Below, in pieces: positions 8,099 to 18,391 of a DNA stretch of 43,608 bases. The DNA is from a virus (taxonomy: Duplodnaviria; Caudoviricetes), in the IMG/VR virus record IMGVR_UViG_3300016476_000405, positions 1 to 43,608 of that record. One strand, given 5' to 3'. Made by a program: the position numbers and the translations under genes. Numbering within the stretch: the first letter of the stretch is position 1; each line of letters opens with the position of its first letter. Below the pieces are notes generated by a model. It did not search any database, had not been told where the DNA came from, and worked only from the letters and a program-made list of their open reading frames with translations.

Positions 8099-9775
8099 AT
8101 GTATGTTGATGCAATCAATGATTCAAAAAATGATCGCATACACGTAGTAGAAAGAACTCCCGAAGGCAAACGAAGCTATAGGGAGTTTCCTGCCAATTAT
8201 GTGTTTTACTACAGCGATCCCAAAGGTAAGTATCGTTCTATCTATGGGGATCCTATTAGTAGATTTTCAACTAGAAAAAAGTCAGAGTTTGAAAAAGAAA
8301 AGCGCATACATTCTGGAAAGAAGTTATTTGAAAGCGATGTAAACACTGTATTCAGATGTTTAGCTGACAACTATTTGGGAGTAGAACCTCCTAAACTACA
8401 CACAGTCTTTTTCGATATCGAGGTTGACTTTGATGCAACCAAAGGCTATGCTCCTACTTCTGATCCTTTTAGCCCAGTAACAGCAATTGCTCTTTACTTG
8501 GACTGGCTAGATCAGCTAGTGTGTTTGGCTATCCCGCCAAAGCATATGTCAGATGAAACTGCACAAGAGCTAGTAAAAGAGTTTCCAAACACATTCCTGT
8601 TTCGCAGTGAAATCGAAATGTTTGAAACTTTTTTCAGCATCATTGAAGATGCAGATGTGTTGACTGGTTGGAACTCAGAAGGTTTCGATATTCCATACTT
8701 AGTAAATCGTGTTACTAGAATCATGAGTAAAGATGATACTAGAAAGTTTTGTTTGCTAAATCAAATGCCCAAAGTGAGAACTTATGAGCGATATGGTAAA
8801 GAAGAACAAACTTACGATTTAGTAGGTAGAATTCACATGGACTATTTGCAGCTATACAAAAAGTATAACTATGAGTCCAGACACAGTTATTCACTAGATG
8901 CTATCGGTGAAATGGAAGTAGGAGAAACAAAAACTCCATACGAAGGTACACTTGATCAGTTGTACAACCGAGACTTTAAAGAGTTTATCAGATACAACCG
9001 TCAAGATACTATGCTGGTAGTAAAGATTCACAACAAGCTAAAGTTCTTGGATCTTGCTAATGCACTAGCACACGAAAACACTGTATTGATTCCAACAGTA
9101 ATGGGATCAGTAGCAATGATTGAAATGGCTATCTTTAACGAAGCACACGCTAGAGGTATGATCGTACCCGATAAAAAGCGTACATCTTCAGATGAAATGG
9201 CTGCTGCTGGTGCTTATGTTGCTAACCCAAAACAAGGATTGCACAATTGGGTAGGGGCTATCGACATTGCATCTATGTATCCGTCTACGATTCGCGCTCT
9301 TAATATGTCACCGGAAACTATTATCGGTCAGATTAGGCAGACTCACACTGAGCATTTTTTATCAGAAAGAGCGTTAAAATTGGCTAAAGAAAAACGCAAC
9401 TATGACGAAGACGATGATGTAGAAATGAGTTCTTTGTTGTGGGAGGGCTTATTTGGTTCATTAGAATACACTTCTATCATGAATCAAGAAAGAGGAACTA
9501 TGCTTGTTGTTGATTTTGAAGATGGTAGATCGGTGGAAATGTCCGCTGCTGAAATTTGGGATTTTATATTTAACTCCAATAATCCATATACATTATCGGC
9601 TAACGGAACTATATTTAGAACTGATATCGACGGGATTGTACCGGGTCTACTGTCTAGATGGTTTACTGAACGAAAGACTATGAGAAAATTAATTGATACT
9701 GGTAAGAAACTTTCTGACGGTATTTCCGTCTCAAAAGAGTTAGAGGAAAATATAAAAAAATTTTTAAATAGATAA
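8099..9775 (+). CDS. polB: Family B DNA polymerase, N-terminal subunit (3'-5' exonuclease plus palm motif A)
   Basis: ExoI FFDIEV, ExoII GWNSEGFDIPYL, ExoIII YNRQD, motif A DIASMYPS; ends in the fingers region after RWFTERK with a TAA stop. Confidence 0.93.
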   Translation: MYVDAINDSKNDRIHVVERTPEGKRSYREFPANYVFYYSDPKGKYRSIYGDPISRFSTRKKSEFEKEKRIHSGKKLFESDVNTVFRCLADNYLGVEPPKLHTVFFDIEVDFDATKGYAPTSDPFSPVTAIALYLDWLDQLVCLAIPPKHMSDETAQELVKEFPNTFLFRSEIEMFETFFSIIEDADVLTGWNSEGFDIPYLVNRVTRIMSKDDTRKFCLLNQMPKVRTYERYGKEEQTYDLVGRIHMDYLQLYKKYNYESRHSYSLDAIGEMEVGETKTPYEGTLDQLYNRDFKEFIRYNRQDTMLVVKIHNKLKFLDLANALAHENTVLIPTVMGSVAMIEMAIFNEAHARGMIVPDKKRTSSDEMAAAGAYVANPKQGLHNWVGAIDIASMYPSTIRALNMSPETIIGQIRQTHTEHFLSERALKLAKEKRNYDEDDDVEMSSLLWEGLFGSLEYTSIMNQERGTMLVVDFEDGRSVEMSAAEIWDFIFNSNNPYTLSANGTIFRTDIDGIVPGLLSRWFTERKTMRKLIDTGKKLSDGISVSKELEENIKKFLNR

Positions 9776-9778
9776 ATA
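9771..9778 (+). promoter_or_regulatory. Late promoter-like GATAAATA upstream of the HNH endonuclease
   Basis: Overlaps the polB-N stop, 25 nt before the HNH ATG. Confidence 0.5.
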
Positions 9779-9802
9779 ATAAAGACAGTTGAGGTCTATC
9801 TT

Positions 9803-10471
9803 ATGAACTATTTAAAACTTTATATAAAAATGTGCAGGAATGCAGAAACTAGACAGAAGCTTAATAAAAAGGATATAGAAAAACATCATATATTTCCGAT
9901 ATCGGTATATGGAAAAAATAATCGTATGGTGCAATTGACTATAAGAGAACATTATGTGTGTCATGTGTTATTAATGAAAGCATTCAAGAAAAGATACGGG
10001 GTGCTTCATCCAAAGTATGCCAAAATGGCTATGGCTGTACATAAAATGGTTTACCGATTACAACACTCTGATAAAATACGGTTTACGTCACGCGACTATT
10101 TAATTGCAAGGAAAGCAGCACAAGAGGCTAAAACGGGAAGAAAAAGACATGATATGGTGGGTAAGGCTTATTTTGGTGCCAGTAAAGAAACTATAGAGCA
10201 AGGAATAGAAAAAATGGTCATGAAAAAGACTGGTATGAAAATCGCCTATCCGAAAGATAGAAAATCTCGCGGTGGCCAAACCGAAGAAACTAAAAATAAG
10301 ATAAAAACCGCTCGTCTGACTTCATGTGATAAGTACAAATCCATGACTAAAGAAGAGTTTACATCTTGGATTAATAAACATCAATTGTATATGAAAGATG
10401 GTAGAAGAAACAATAACATAACACGGGCCATTTTAGCTCGCAATGAAGATATAGGAACCTACTACAAGTGA
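9803..10471 (+). mobile_element. Free-standing HNH homing endonuclease inserted within the polB gene
   Basis: EKHHIFP...N...LTIREHYVCHVLL HNH motif and a basic C-terminal tail; lies between the two polB halves. Confidence 0.85.
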
Positions 10472-11685
10472 TTGACTACACGAAAATTGAGCAACTAATA
10501 AGAGACAACAATGCACAAGAGTTGGCCACTTTGATGCAGCAGCATAACTTATATATAGAAGACGGGAAAATAAAAGCTAGTAAAGAAGTTTCAACAGCAG
10601 TCGAAGAGTATTGGGATAAGCGACAACTAGTAAGAAAGATTTTGCTTAACTCAGCATACGGCGCACTGTTGAACGAACATTGTAGATTCTATGACAAGCG
10701 ATTAGGTCAGTCAGTTACTTTAACTGGTAGACAAATTGTTAAGCATATGAGTGCTTATATCAATGAAGTAGTAACGGGTAAGTATGACTTTTATGGCGAA
10801 GCTATCGTTTATGGTGATACTGACTCTGCTTACTTCTCTGCTTGGCCTATCGTTAAAGAAGAAGTAGAGGCAGGCAAGATGGAATGGAACAAGGAGCTTG
10901 TAGTTCAACTTTACGATAATATTTCTGATCAAGTAAATGAAAGCTTTCCAGGATTCATGGAACAATCGTTTCATTGTCCAAGAAACAAAGGTGCCATCAT
11001 CAAAGGTGGTAGAGAAATCGTAGGTGATACTAGCTTGTTTATCAAGAAAAAACGCTATGCTGTAAACATCTATGACAAGGAAGGTAAGCGCAAAGATGTT
11101 AACGGCAAGATGGGTGATATTAAAGCTATGGGTCTTGATCTAAAAAGATCAGATACACCTAAATACATTCAAAAATTCTTGATGGATGTGTTAGTGATGA
11201 CTCTTAGCAACAAGACTAAAGAAGATATCATTGAATTGATTAAGGACTTTAAGCGAGAACTTTCTAACAAAGACAGTTGGACTAAAGGTTCACCCAAGTC
11301 AGTGAACAAGCTTACTTACTATGGTGAACTAGAAGCTAGAAGTAAAACAGGCAAGGCAAACATGCCGGGACACGTAAGAGCGGCTATTAACTGGAACTAC
11401 TTAAAGAAAGTACACGGAGACAATTACTCTATGACTATTCTTGATGGTATGAAAGTAATTGTATGTAAGCTTAGACCTAACCCGCTTGGACTTACATCAA
11501 TCGCATATCCAGTTGATGAACTAAGACTGCCTAAATGGTTCAAAGAACTTCCATTCGATGATGCTACTATGGAAAGCACATTGGTAGATAAAAAGATTGA
11601 AAACTTATTAGGCGTTCTTAATTGGGACTTAAAAGAAAGCACGAATACGGAAACAAACTTTGACGACTTGTTTGTGTTTGGTTGA
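10468..11685 (+). CDS. polB: Family B DNA polymerase, C-terminal subunit (motifs B and C, thumb)
   Basis: KILLNSAYG (motif B), YGDTDS (motif C), KKRYA, MGLDLKRSDTP; GTG start overlaps the HNH stop with AGGA upstream. Confidence 0.93.
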   Translation: MIDYTKIEQLIRDNNAQELATLMQQHNLYIEDGKIKASKEVSTAVEEYWDKRQLVRKILLNSAYGALLNEHCRFYDKRLGQSVTLTGRQIVKHMSAYINEVVTGKYDFYGEAIVYGDTDSAYFSAWPIVKEEVEAGKMEWNKELVVQLYDNISDQVNESFPGFMEQSFHCPRNKGAIIKGGREIVGDTSLFIKKKRYAVNIYDKEGKRKDVNGKMGDIKAMGLDLKRSDTPKYIQKFLMDVLVMTLSNKTKEDIIELIKDFKRELSNKDSWTKGSPKSVNKLTYYGELEARSKTGKANMPGHVRAAINWNYLKKVHGDNYSMTILDGMKVIVCKLRPNPLGLTSIAYPVDELRLPKWFKELPFDDATMESTLVDKKIENLLGVLNWDLKESTNTETNFDDLFVFG

Positions 11686-11693
11686 ACGAACAG

Positions 11694-11722
11694 TTGACAA
11701 TACGAATAAATCCATATATTAT
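11694..11722 (+). promoter_or_regulatory. Sigma70-like promoter
   Basis: TTGACA-N17-TATTAT in the intergenic gap before 11764. Confidence 0.5.
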
Positions 11723-11763
11723 ACACACTTAGATAGTTTAAATAAATTAAACAGAGGAAACTT

Positions 11764-12504
11764 ATGAAAGACTTTTTAAAAGATGTAATCCAATACACCC
11801 ATGGTATCGGTAAAGTAGAGCTAGTAAAGGTAGTTGGCACTGACAAAACAACAAATGTATATGCACTTGGTGAAGGCAACTCAGTAATTATTTCTGGTAC
11901 TTTCTCTCAGACTATAGATGGCTTGACAGGCACATTTGGTATGCCTAACATGAACAAACTTAAAACTATTATTAGCTTTGATGATATCTATGACGACAAA
12001 GCTGATATTTCTGTTGTCACTGAAGACCGCGATGGTGTAACTACTCCAGTAGCTATTCACTTTGAAACTGAGTCTAAGGACTTTGTAAACGACTATCGTT
12101 TGATGGTAAAAGAAATGATAGAAAACAAAGTAGCAACTGTATCGTTTAAAGTTACTCCAACTTGGAATGTAGAGTTTGAACCTTCTGTGGCTAACATTTT
12201 AAAGCTGAAAAAGCAAGCACAGGCTAACTCTGAAGAAACTACTTTTTCAGCAAAAACAGAAGGCGACAAGCTAAAACTGTTCTTTGGCTCACCTTCAGCA
12301 CACTCAGGTAACTTTGTGTTTCATGACAAAGTAGCAACTAACGCACTAACAAAGCAGTGGGAATGGCCTGTAGACGTATTTCTTGCTATCATGGACTTGC
12401 CTGGTACTAAGACTGTACGAATCTCAAATCAGGGTGTTACTCAGATTGAAGTAGATTCTGGACTAGCTGTTTATCAATACAACATTCCTGCTAAGTCAAA
12501 ATGA
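11764..12504 (+). CDS. Probable DNA polymerase sliding clamp (gp45-like)
   Basis: 246-aa beta-rich protein immediately downstream of polB; size and position fit gp45; SD GAGGA. Confidence 0.55.
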   Translation: MKDFLKDVIQYTHGIGKVELVKVVGTDKTTNVYALGEGNSVIISGTFSQTIDGLTGTFGMPNMNKLKTIISFDDIYDDKADISVVTEDRDGVTTPVAIHFETESKDFVNDYRLMVKEMIENKVATVSFKVTPTWNVEFEPSVANILKLKKQAQANSEETTFSAKTEGDKLKLFFGSPSAHSGNFVFHDKVATNALTKQWEWPVDVFLAIMDLPGTKTVRISNQGVTQIEVDSGLAVYQYNIPAKSK

Positions 12505-12848
12505 TTAAAAACATTATAGCAGGCCCGGGGTTAATAGCATCTGTAACATCTGGGCCCTATATCATTATGTCATCTCCTAGTGCTGGAATGATAAGATATA
12601 ATGGCATGGACATGGAAGTTTACGATGGTTCAAGTTGGTTGCAGCTATCAACTACTGCTGACATAAGCGTAAACTACGATACTAGAGAACTGTTAGAGTG
12701 GGCTAGGAAAAAGTGGGATGAAGAACAGCGTTTAGAAAAACTAAAAGACAATCCCGCTATTGCTGATCTACTCAAACAACGATCAGACATAGACGAAAAA
12801 CTAAAAATAGTAGAAATACTTATTAGAGATCATAATGGAACAAATTAA
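12501..12848 (+). CDS. Hypothetical protein
   Basis: 115-aa ORF, overlap-coupled; GMIRYNG..MEVYDGSSW motif. Confidence 0.75.
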   Translation: MIKNIIAGPGLIASVTSGPYIIMSSPSAGMIRYNGMDMEVYDGSSWLQLSTTADISVNYDTRELLEWARKKWDEEQRLEKLKDNPAIADLLKQRSDIDEKLKIVEILIRDHNGTN

Positions 12849-14484
12849 CCTTTCTAACTCACACAACCCAGATTGGGCATTGTTTTTACCTGCTGTTAGC
12901 TCATTCTTTATTTCAGGATTGGGTAAACAAAGAGAAGGTGAGAACTATTTTGATCAAGCAAGAATTCCTCAGGGGTTCAATAATGATGTTGAATCATTGA
13001 ACTTCTTGAATTCTAAGCAGGGTTTGTACACTTACAAATGGGGCTTGTATTCAGCAGGACATGCTAACTTAGATATTACTAAAGATGATTCAAGCGAATC
13101 TATCATTCGCAAGCGTGAAAGAGGAACTTTTATGCTTGGCGACTCGGGTGGATTTCAGATCATGAAAGGTCAGTGGGCTGCTGATTGGAAAGACCCTAAC
13201 TGTCCTAAAGCCATGAAGCAAAGACAGTTAGTTCTAAAGTGGATGGATACTTACATGGATTATGGTATGTGTCTTGACGTTCCCACTCAAACTCTTAGAA
13301 ACAAGCACTTGCTAGACAAGCACGGTATTTCTACGATTGAACAAGCTGTTTCAGCTACTCATATCAACAACGAATACTTTATCAATAATCGCACAGGTGA
13401 GTGTAAGTTCTTAAATGTACTTCAGGGCTTAACACATACTCAAAGTGATGATTGGTATCAAGAAATGAAAAAGTATTGTGATCCAAACATCTACCCAGAT
13501 ACTCACTTTAATGGTTGGGCATTTGGTGGTCAGAACAAGATTGACATTCACTTGATGCTAAAGCGTTTGGTTCATATTATCCATGACGGTTTGTTGGAAG
13601 AAGGTAAGCATGATCTAGTTCACTGTTTGGGTACTTCTATCTTAGAGTATGCGGTTTTGTTTACTGACATTCAACGAGCGATCAGAAAGTATCACAACCC
13701 TAAGTTTCAGATTACATTTGACTGTGCAAGTCCATTCTTTTCAGCAGCAAAAGGTTTGGTATACTACAATACTTTTATTGAACACGACAAGAAATGGTCT
13801 TATTCAATGGAAAAAACTGCTGAAAACAAGAACTATGCTAACGACAACAGAAAGTTTAGGGACGCAGTACTTGCTGATGGTATCCATAAAATCTTTAATG
13901 ATTCTCCTATAACTGATAAGATGCTTATCAAAGACTTGTGCTACAGAGGTCATGGCTTCTTGGGTCATCACGGTAAAGAAACTAAAACAAGTTGGGATAC
14001 ATTAAGCTATACACTGATACAAGCCCATAACGTTTATCAGCACATATACGCTGTTCAAGAAGCTAATCGTAAGTATGAACAGGGTATCATGCCAAAGATG
14101 ATTATGAGCAAGTTTGAATCTAAACACTTTGGGGATATCGTTGACGAAATCTTTAGTGTTAAGGACAGACAAAAGAGTTTAGACTTGATTGAACAGCACA
14201 GCAGATTTTGGATGCAAATGCAGTCAGGTAGTCAAGGCTTCTCAGGTAAGAAAACAGTAAACACTATTACTAGCGTAGCACACAACTTTGAAGGCGATCT
14301 AGATAAAGATCCTAGATTAGAAAAGATCAAGAAAGAAGTTACAGACGCACATCCGGAAGTAGTAGAAACTACGTTCAATGGTCTAAAGACTGATTCAAAA
14401 AAGAAAAACAAAGTAAAAAACGTTAAAAAAGAAAATACACCAGTAGACTCAGACGTATTGAGTAACGTGTTTATTATAGGGTAA
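12835..14484 (+). CDS. dpdA: TGT-fold DNA 7-deazaguanine transglycosylase (DpdA-like)
   Basis: GDSGGFQ catalytic motif, MCLDVP, LNVLQG, GWAFGG, HCLG, TFDCASP, HN near the C-terminus; clustered with folE/queD/queE. Confidence 0.8.
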   Translation: MEQINLSNSHNPDWALFLPAVSSFFISGLGKQREGENYFDQARIPQGFNNDVESLNFLNSKQGLYTYKWGLYSAGHANLDITKDDSSESIIRKRERGTFMLGDSGGFQIMKGQWAADWKDPNCPKAMKQRQLVLKWMDTYMDYGMCLDVPTQTLRNKHLLDKHGISTIEQAVSATHINNEYFINNRTGECKFLNVLQGLTHTQSDDWYQEMKKYCDPNIYPDTHFNGWAFGGQNKIDIHLMLKRLVHIIHDGLLEEGKHDLVHCLGTSILEYAVLFTDIQRAIRKYHNPKFQITFDCASPFFSAAKGLVYYNTFIEHDKKWSYSMEKTAENKNYANDNRKFRDAVLADGIHKIFNDSPITDKMLIKDLCYRGHGFLGHHGKETKTSWDTLSYTLIQAHNVYQHIYAVQEANRKYEQGIMPKMIMSKFESKHFGDIVDEIFSVKDRQKSLDLIEQHSRFWMQMQSGSQGFSGKKTVNTITSVAHNFEGDLDKDPRLEKIKKEVTDAHPEVVETTFNGLKTDSKKKNKVKNVKKENTPVDSDVLSNVFIIG

Positions 14485-14490
14485 ACTAAT

Positions 14491-14697
14491 ATGAAACAAC
14501 AAATCAAAGTTGTCCAAGAAGGTATCAATCGTATCAACAAGCTGATAGAATTAGCAAAGAAAGATGAGAACTATAACCCAGAAACACTTAAAAAGCATTA
14601 CATTGATTTAGCTGAACATCAACGTGAACTGTCAAGACTTCGCCGCTTAGAATGGGAAGAAACACATGAGCGTCTTGATTTTGGTGATGATAGATGA
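14491..14697 (+). CDS. Small hypothetical coiled-coil protein
   Basis: 68-aa ORF in the operon. Confidence 0.7.
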   Translation: MKQQIKVVQEGINRINKLIELAKKDENYNPETLKKHYIDLAEHQRELSRLRRLEWEETHERLDFGDDR

Positions 14698-15125
14698 TTG
14701 AACAACGAGAAATGGCTTTACAAGAAGAACGCAACAGAATTAGAAATGCGGCTAGACGCATGATATGGGTTACTTTTCAAAAAGAAGGTATTCATTGTTA
14801 CCCAGCAGCATTGAGTGACCCTAAGCTAAAGACCGGTGACGAATATGATGTAAGCTTTTTAGGCTGGCCTCACCGACATAATTTTGCCTTTAAAGTAGGC
14901 ATTCAAGTATTTCACAATGATCGTGATTTGGAATTCATTCAGGTTAAACGTTGGTTAGAAAATCAATATACTAACGGAACTCTTGAACTAAATCATAGAA
15001 GTTGTGAAATGATAGCGGATGAGCTACATGAAATTATAGCTACTCGTTATCCCAATAGAGATATCGTAATCTCAGTATCCGAAGACGGAGAAAATGGTTG
15101 CGAGATATTTTACAACAAACTTTAA
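14694..15125 (+). CDS. dpdL: QueD-like T-fold protein, DpdL-like (putative CDG decarboxylase)
   Basis: GIHCYP, LGWPHRHNF (LxxxHRHxF in place of QueD CxxxHGH), HNDRDLEFIQ, SCEM, VSEDGENG. Confidence 0.65.
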   Translation: MIEQREMALQEERNRIRNAARRMIWVTFQKEGIHCYPAALSDPKLKTGDEYDVSFLGWPHRHNFAFKVGIQVFHNDRDLEFIQVKRWLENQYTNGTLELNHRSCEMIADELHEIIATRYPNRDIVISVSEDGENGCEIFYNKL

Positions 15126-15153
15126 AATCAACAAATACTTAGGAGTATTTAAA

Positions 15154-15375
15154 ATGGCACGATCAGCACAAATCAAAACTAACCCACGCACTCAGAAAGT
15201 CTTTGAAGACTTGGACAAGTATCGTGATTTTTGTAAAGAGTATGGGTACAGGTTTGATGAAGCAGATTTGTATAGCAACCGCAGTTATGTTTGGCGACAG
15301 TATGGAAAATTGCTCGCAGGCAAAGAAGTAAAAAATCAGTGGGACTTGCAGCTAGAAAGACTGGCTACAAGGTAA
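15154..15375 (+). CDS. Small conserved-looking phage hypothetical protein
   Basis: SD AGGAG before ATG 15154; VFEDLDKYRDFCKEYGYRFDEADLY. Confidence 0.75.
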   Translation: MARSAQIKTNPRTQKVFEDLDKYRDFCKEYGYRFDEADLYSNRSYVWRQYGKLLAGKEVKNQWDLQLERLATR

Positions 15376-15380
15376 TCTTA

Positions 15381-15408
15381 AAAGAATGGCTGAAAACAGC
15401 CATTCTTT
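15381..15408 (+). terminator. Intrinsic terminator-like hairpin
   Basis: AAAGAATGGCTG-AAAA-CAGCCATTCTTT, perfect 12-bp inverted repeat just after the stop. Confidence 0.7.
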
Positions 15409-15430
15409 ACTTAATACGAGGAAAAAATAA

Positions 15431-16630
15431 ATGAGGAAATTGTGGTATTGCGGGCTGGAGCCGTACCAAGAGCGTTACACACTTCAACTTACTGAATGGA
15501 ACAAACGAGTATTTGATCGTAGAAAAATTGATGCTGTTTATGTTCCCGGTGAAACTCTAGATAATTCTAAAAAGATCGTAGTGGGTCAAGTACTAGACGC
15601 ACATGGTCGCAGTTACTTTGCTATGAGTCAAATGATGAATTTGGTTCGTCTGATGCAGCAGGGTGAAGTTACTAGCGAAGATGTTGTTTACTTTGAGGAT
15701 ATGTTTCAACCGGGCTTTGAAAGTTTGGGATACATCATCACTCAAGTTCCTCAAAAGTTGAGACCAAGAATCTTTGTTCGCTGTCTTGCACAAACTATTG
15801 ACCCTGATGACTTTGTTCATGTATGGGGTATGCAAAAGTGGATGAGCGACTATGAGCGAATGGTAAATGAAATTGTTTCTATTTCAAATGGTGCTGTACT
15901 AGCATCTAATGAAGAAATGGTAGCACATATGAAAGTAGCAGGGTGGACTGCTAACATTTACAATATTTCTGGTTTGGCATTTGGTAAAGACGAAGTAAGA
16001 GAACGAGCAGGTAATAGTTTAGTTCCTTTTGATCAGCGTAAAATGCGTGTATGTTTTGCATCGCGCTGGGATCAAGAAAAGAATCCTGACTTCTATTTAC
16101 AGCTAATCAAAGACTGGTATGCAAGGGATGATAGAATGTGGTATCCTGAGTTTGCTATCTTTACTGGTGGTAAACTTAGAAGCAATAAGCAAGAATTTGT
16201 TGACATGGCTAGAGAGTTAGAAAACAAGGGTCATTTAAAGATTTACGAAAATCTGACCAAAGACGAATACTATCGTTTGCTTTTAGATTCTAGGGTTCTG
16301 ATCAACACTGCACTACAAGATTGGACTAGCAATACAGTAAGTGAAGCTGATGCTCTAGGATGTAATGTGCTATTTCCAGCCTATCGTTCGTTTCCTGAAG
16401 TATTTGCAAACGATCATGAAAGAATGTATGTGCCATGGTCATTAGAAGATTTGACTATGAAGCTTAACAATTTGTTGATTACGCCCCATAAAAACATGGG
16501 CAAGATCAGTGACTGGACAGATAAAACTGTTGATAGAATTTGTGATATTTTAGAAGCTAATCATAATGCAAGCAAGTGGTTAAGAAATTCAAAAGATTAC
16601 AGAAAACACACAAAGGAAACCAAGTACTAA
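15431..16630 (+). CDS. GT-B fold glycosyltransferase
   Basis: [39 protein letters not shown] (GT4-like E-x7-E region), P-x-YRSFPE. Confidence 0.75.
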   Translation: MRKLWYCGLEPYQERYTLQLTEWNKRVFDRRKIDAVYVPGETLDNSKKIVVGQVLDAHGRSYFAMSQMMNLVRLMQQGEVTSEDVVYFEDMFQPGFESLGYIITQVPQKLRPRIFVRCLAQTIDPDDFVHVWGMQKWMSDYERMVNEIVSISNGAVLASNEEMVAHMKVAGWTANIYNISGLAFGKDEVRERAGNSLVPFDQRKMRVCFASRWDQEKNPDFYLQLIKDWYARDDRMWYPEFAIFTGGKLRSNKQEFVDMARELENKGHLKIYENLTKDEYYRLLLDSRVLINTALQDWTSNTVSEADALGCNVLFPAYRSFPEVFANDHERMYVPWSLEDLTMKLNNLLITPHKNMGKISDWTDKTVDRICDILEANHNASKWLRNSKDYRKHTKETKY

Positions 16631-16631
16631 T

Positions 16632-17729
16632 ATGCGTATTGAAAATGAAGTAAAACTAGATTTTTCTGATGTTCTTTTTGTCCCAAAGCGTTCTACTCTT
16701 TCTAGTAGAAAAGAAGTAAGCTTAGAAAGAACATTTACCTTCAAGCACAGTGGTGCAACTTGGCGGGGAATTCCTATCATGGCTGCTAACATGGATGGGG
16801 TAGGTACGTTTGAAATGTCTGCTGCACTTGCTGGTTATGGCATGGTAACTTGTTTAGTTAAAAGCTATCAACTAAACGACTTTGAAGATAATATTACTTT
16901 ATTCTTTACTTATAATACTGCTGTTAGTACTGGAACAAGTGATAGAGATTTTCAAAAACTAGAAATGATCAACAACATGTACCCAAGTATGGTACAGTTT
17001 ATTTGTATTGACGTAGCAAATGGGTATTCGGAACACTTTGGTGATTTCGTTGCTAGAGTGAGAAAACTATACCCAACTAAAACTATTATAGCAGGCAACG
17101 TAGTAACTGCCGACATGACACAAGAGTTAATTTTACGTGGAGCAGACATTGTTAAGGTAGGAATTGGCCCCGGTAGTGTTTGTACTACTCGCATTCAAAC
17201 AGGTGTTGGATATCCTCAACTATCAGCAATCATCGAATGTGCTGATGCGGCACATGGATTGGGTGGTCATATTATCGCTGATGGTGGTTGTACTTGTCCT
17301 GGTGATATAGCAAAAGCATTTGGCGCTGGTGCCGATTTTGTAATGCTTGGTGGCATGTTATCTGGAACAGTTCAGGGCGGCGGACAAGTTATAGAACAAG
17401 TACACGAAAGTAATGAAATTATTATCGACCCGGAAACTAACCAGCGATTGGGTAAATTGGAAGAAAGGAAACAGTATGTTAAGTTCTACGGTATGAGTAG
17501 CGATACTGCTATGGAGAAGCATCATGGAGGGGTAGCGGAATATCGTAGTTCAGAGGGGCGCACTGTCTATGTTCCTTTTAAAGGAGACGTTAATAATATA
17601 ATAAAAAACATCCTCGGAGGAATTAGAAGTACTTGTACCTATGTGGGAGCCGATTCTTTAAAGAATTTGAGCAAATGCACAACATTCGTTAGGGTAAACC
17701 ATCAGTATAATACAGTATTCGCAAAATAA
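16632..17729 (+). CDS. guaC: GMP reductase
   Basis: [70 protein letters not shown]. Confidence 0.95.
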   Translation: MRIENEVKLDFSDVLFVPKRSTLSSRKEVSLERTFTFKHSGATWRGIPIMAANMDGVGTFEMSAALAGYGMVTCLVKSYQLNDFEDNITLFFTYNTAVSTGTSDRDFQKLEMINNMYPSMVQFICIDVANGYSEHFGDFVARVRKLYPTKTIIAGNVVTADMTQELILRGADIVKVGIGPGSVCTTRIQTGVGYPQLSAIIECADAAHGLGGHIIADGGCTCPGDIAKAFGAGADFVMLGGMLSGTVQGGGQVIEQVHESNEIIIDPETNQRLGKLEERKQYVKFYGMSSDTAMEKHHGGVAEYRSSEGRTVYVPFKGDVNNIIKNILGGIRSTCTYVGADSLKNLSKCTTFVRVNHQYNTVFAK

Positions 17730-17738
17730 CCTGCTAGT

Positions 17739-17781
17739 ATTCCTCCTGAGTGCATAAATATATTAAGTATTTAGGAGGAAT
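17739..17781 (+). promoter_or_regulatory. SD-sequestering hairpin with late promoter motif in its loop
   Basis: ATTCCTCCTGAGTGC (17739-17753) pairs with GTATTTAGGAGGAAT (17767-17781), 15 bp including G-U pairs; CATAAATA at 17753-17760. Confidence 0.8.
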
Positions 17782-17782
17782 T

Positions 17783-18391
17783 ATGAGTATATACATACTG
17801 TTAAAAACGCACAACGCTACTAAGCTGAAATACTTATGCAGACATGTTACTGATAATGAACATACATGTTACACGTACACCGGAAGCGGTACGTATTGGA
17901 AAAGACATATTGAAAAACACGGGAACGATGTTTCAACACAAATACTAGCGAAGTGTGAAACTTACGACGAAGCTACTAAAATAGGAATAGAATATAGCAA
18001 ACTCTGGAATGTAGTTGATAGTGATGAGTTCGCTAACCTAGTACAAGAGTCGGGACAGGGAGGATCAGAAGTAGCTAAGTGTAGGAAGAAATTCAATAGA
18101 TTTGGTTACGAAAGAGATCCAGTACGTTTGTTAGGCAATGACAATCCGTCAAAGAGACCTGAAGTTGGGAAAAAGATTTCAGAAAAACTTACTGGAAGAG
18201 TTATATCATGGGGTGATAAAATATCAGAATCATGTAAAGGTAGGGTAGCACACAATAAAGGAAAACCTAATCCTCATGCCAAAACTGATCAAATGAATAT
18301 TCCAGTAGAATGTCCTCACTGCAGGAAGTCGGGAGGTTTAGGGGCAATGAAAAGATGGCATTTTGATAATTGTAAAAACAGGTATGAGTGA
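17783..18391 (+). mobile_element. Free-standing GIY-YIG-like (Seg-type) homing endonuclease
   Basis: IYILLKTH..TKLKYL...YTGSGTYW...E...N-L-x-x-E-S-G-Q-G-G; NUMOD-like basic repeats; C-terminal CPHC...RWHFDNCK. Confidence 0.75.

Noticed and set aside
9690-10610. Group I intron or intein in polB
   Set aside because: No recognisable P7/catalytic core or non-coding room, no intein terminal residues, and the C-terminal half has its own start signals. Only RT-PCR can fully exclude splicing.
12835-14484. Canonical tRNA-guanine transglycosylase (tgt) for queuosine
   Set aside because: It lacks the CxCxxC zinc motif of bacterial Tgt and no queA/queF/queG is present; the phage context with folE/queD/queE favours a DNA-acting DpdA.
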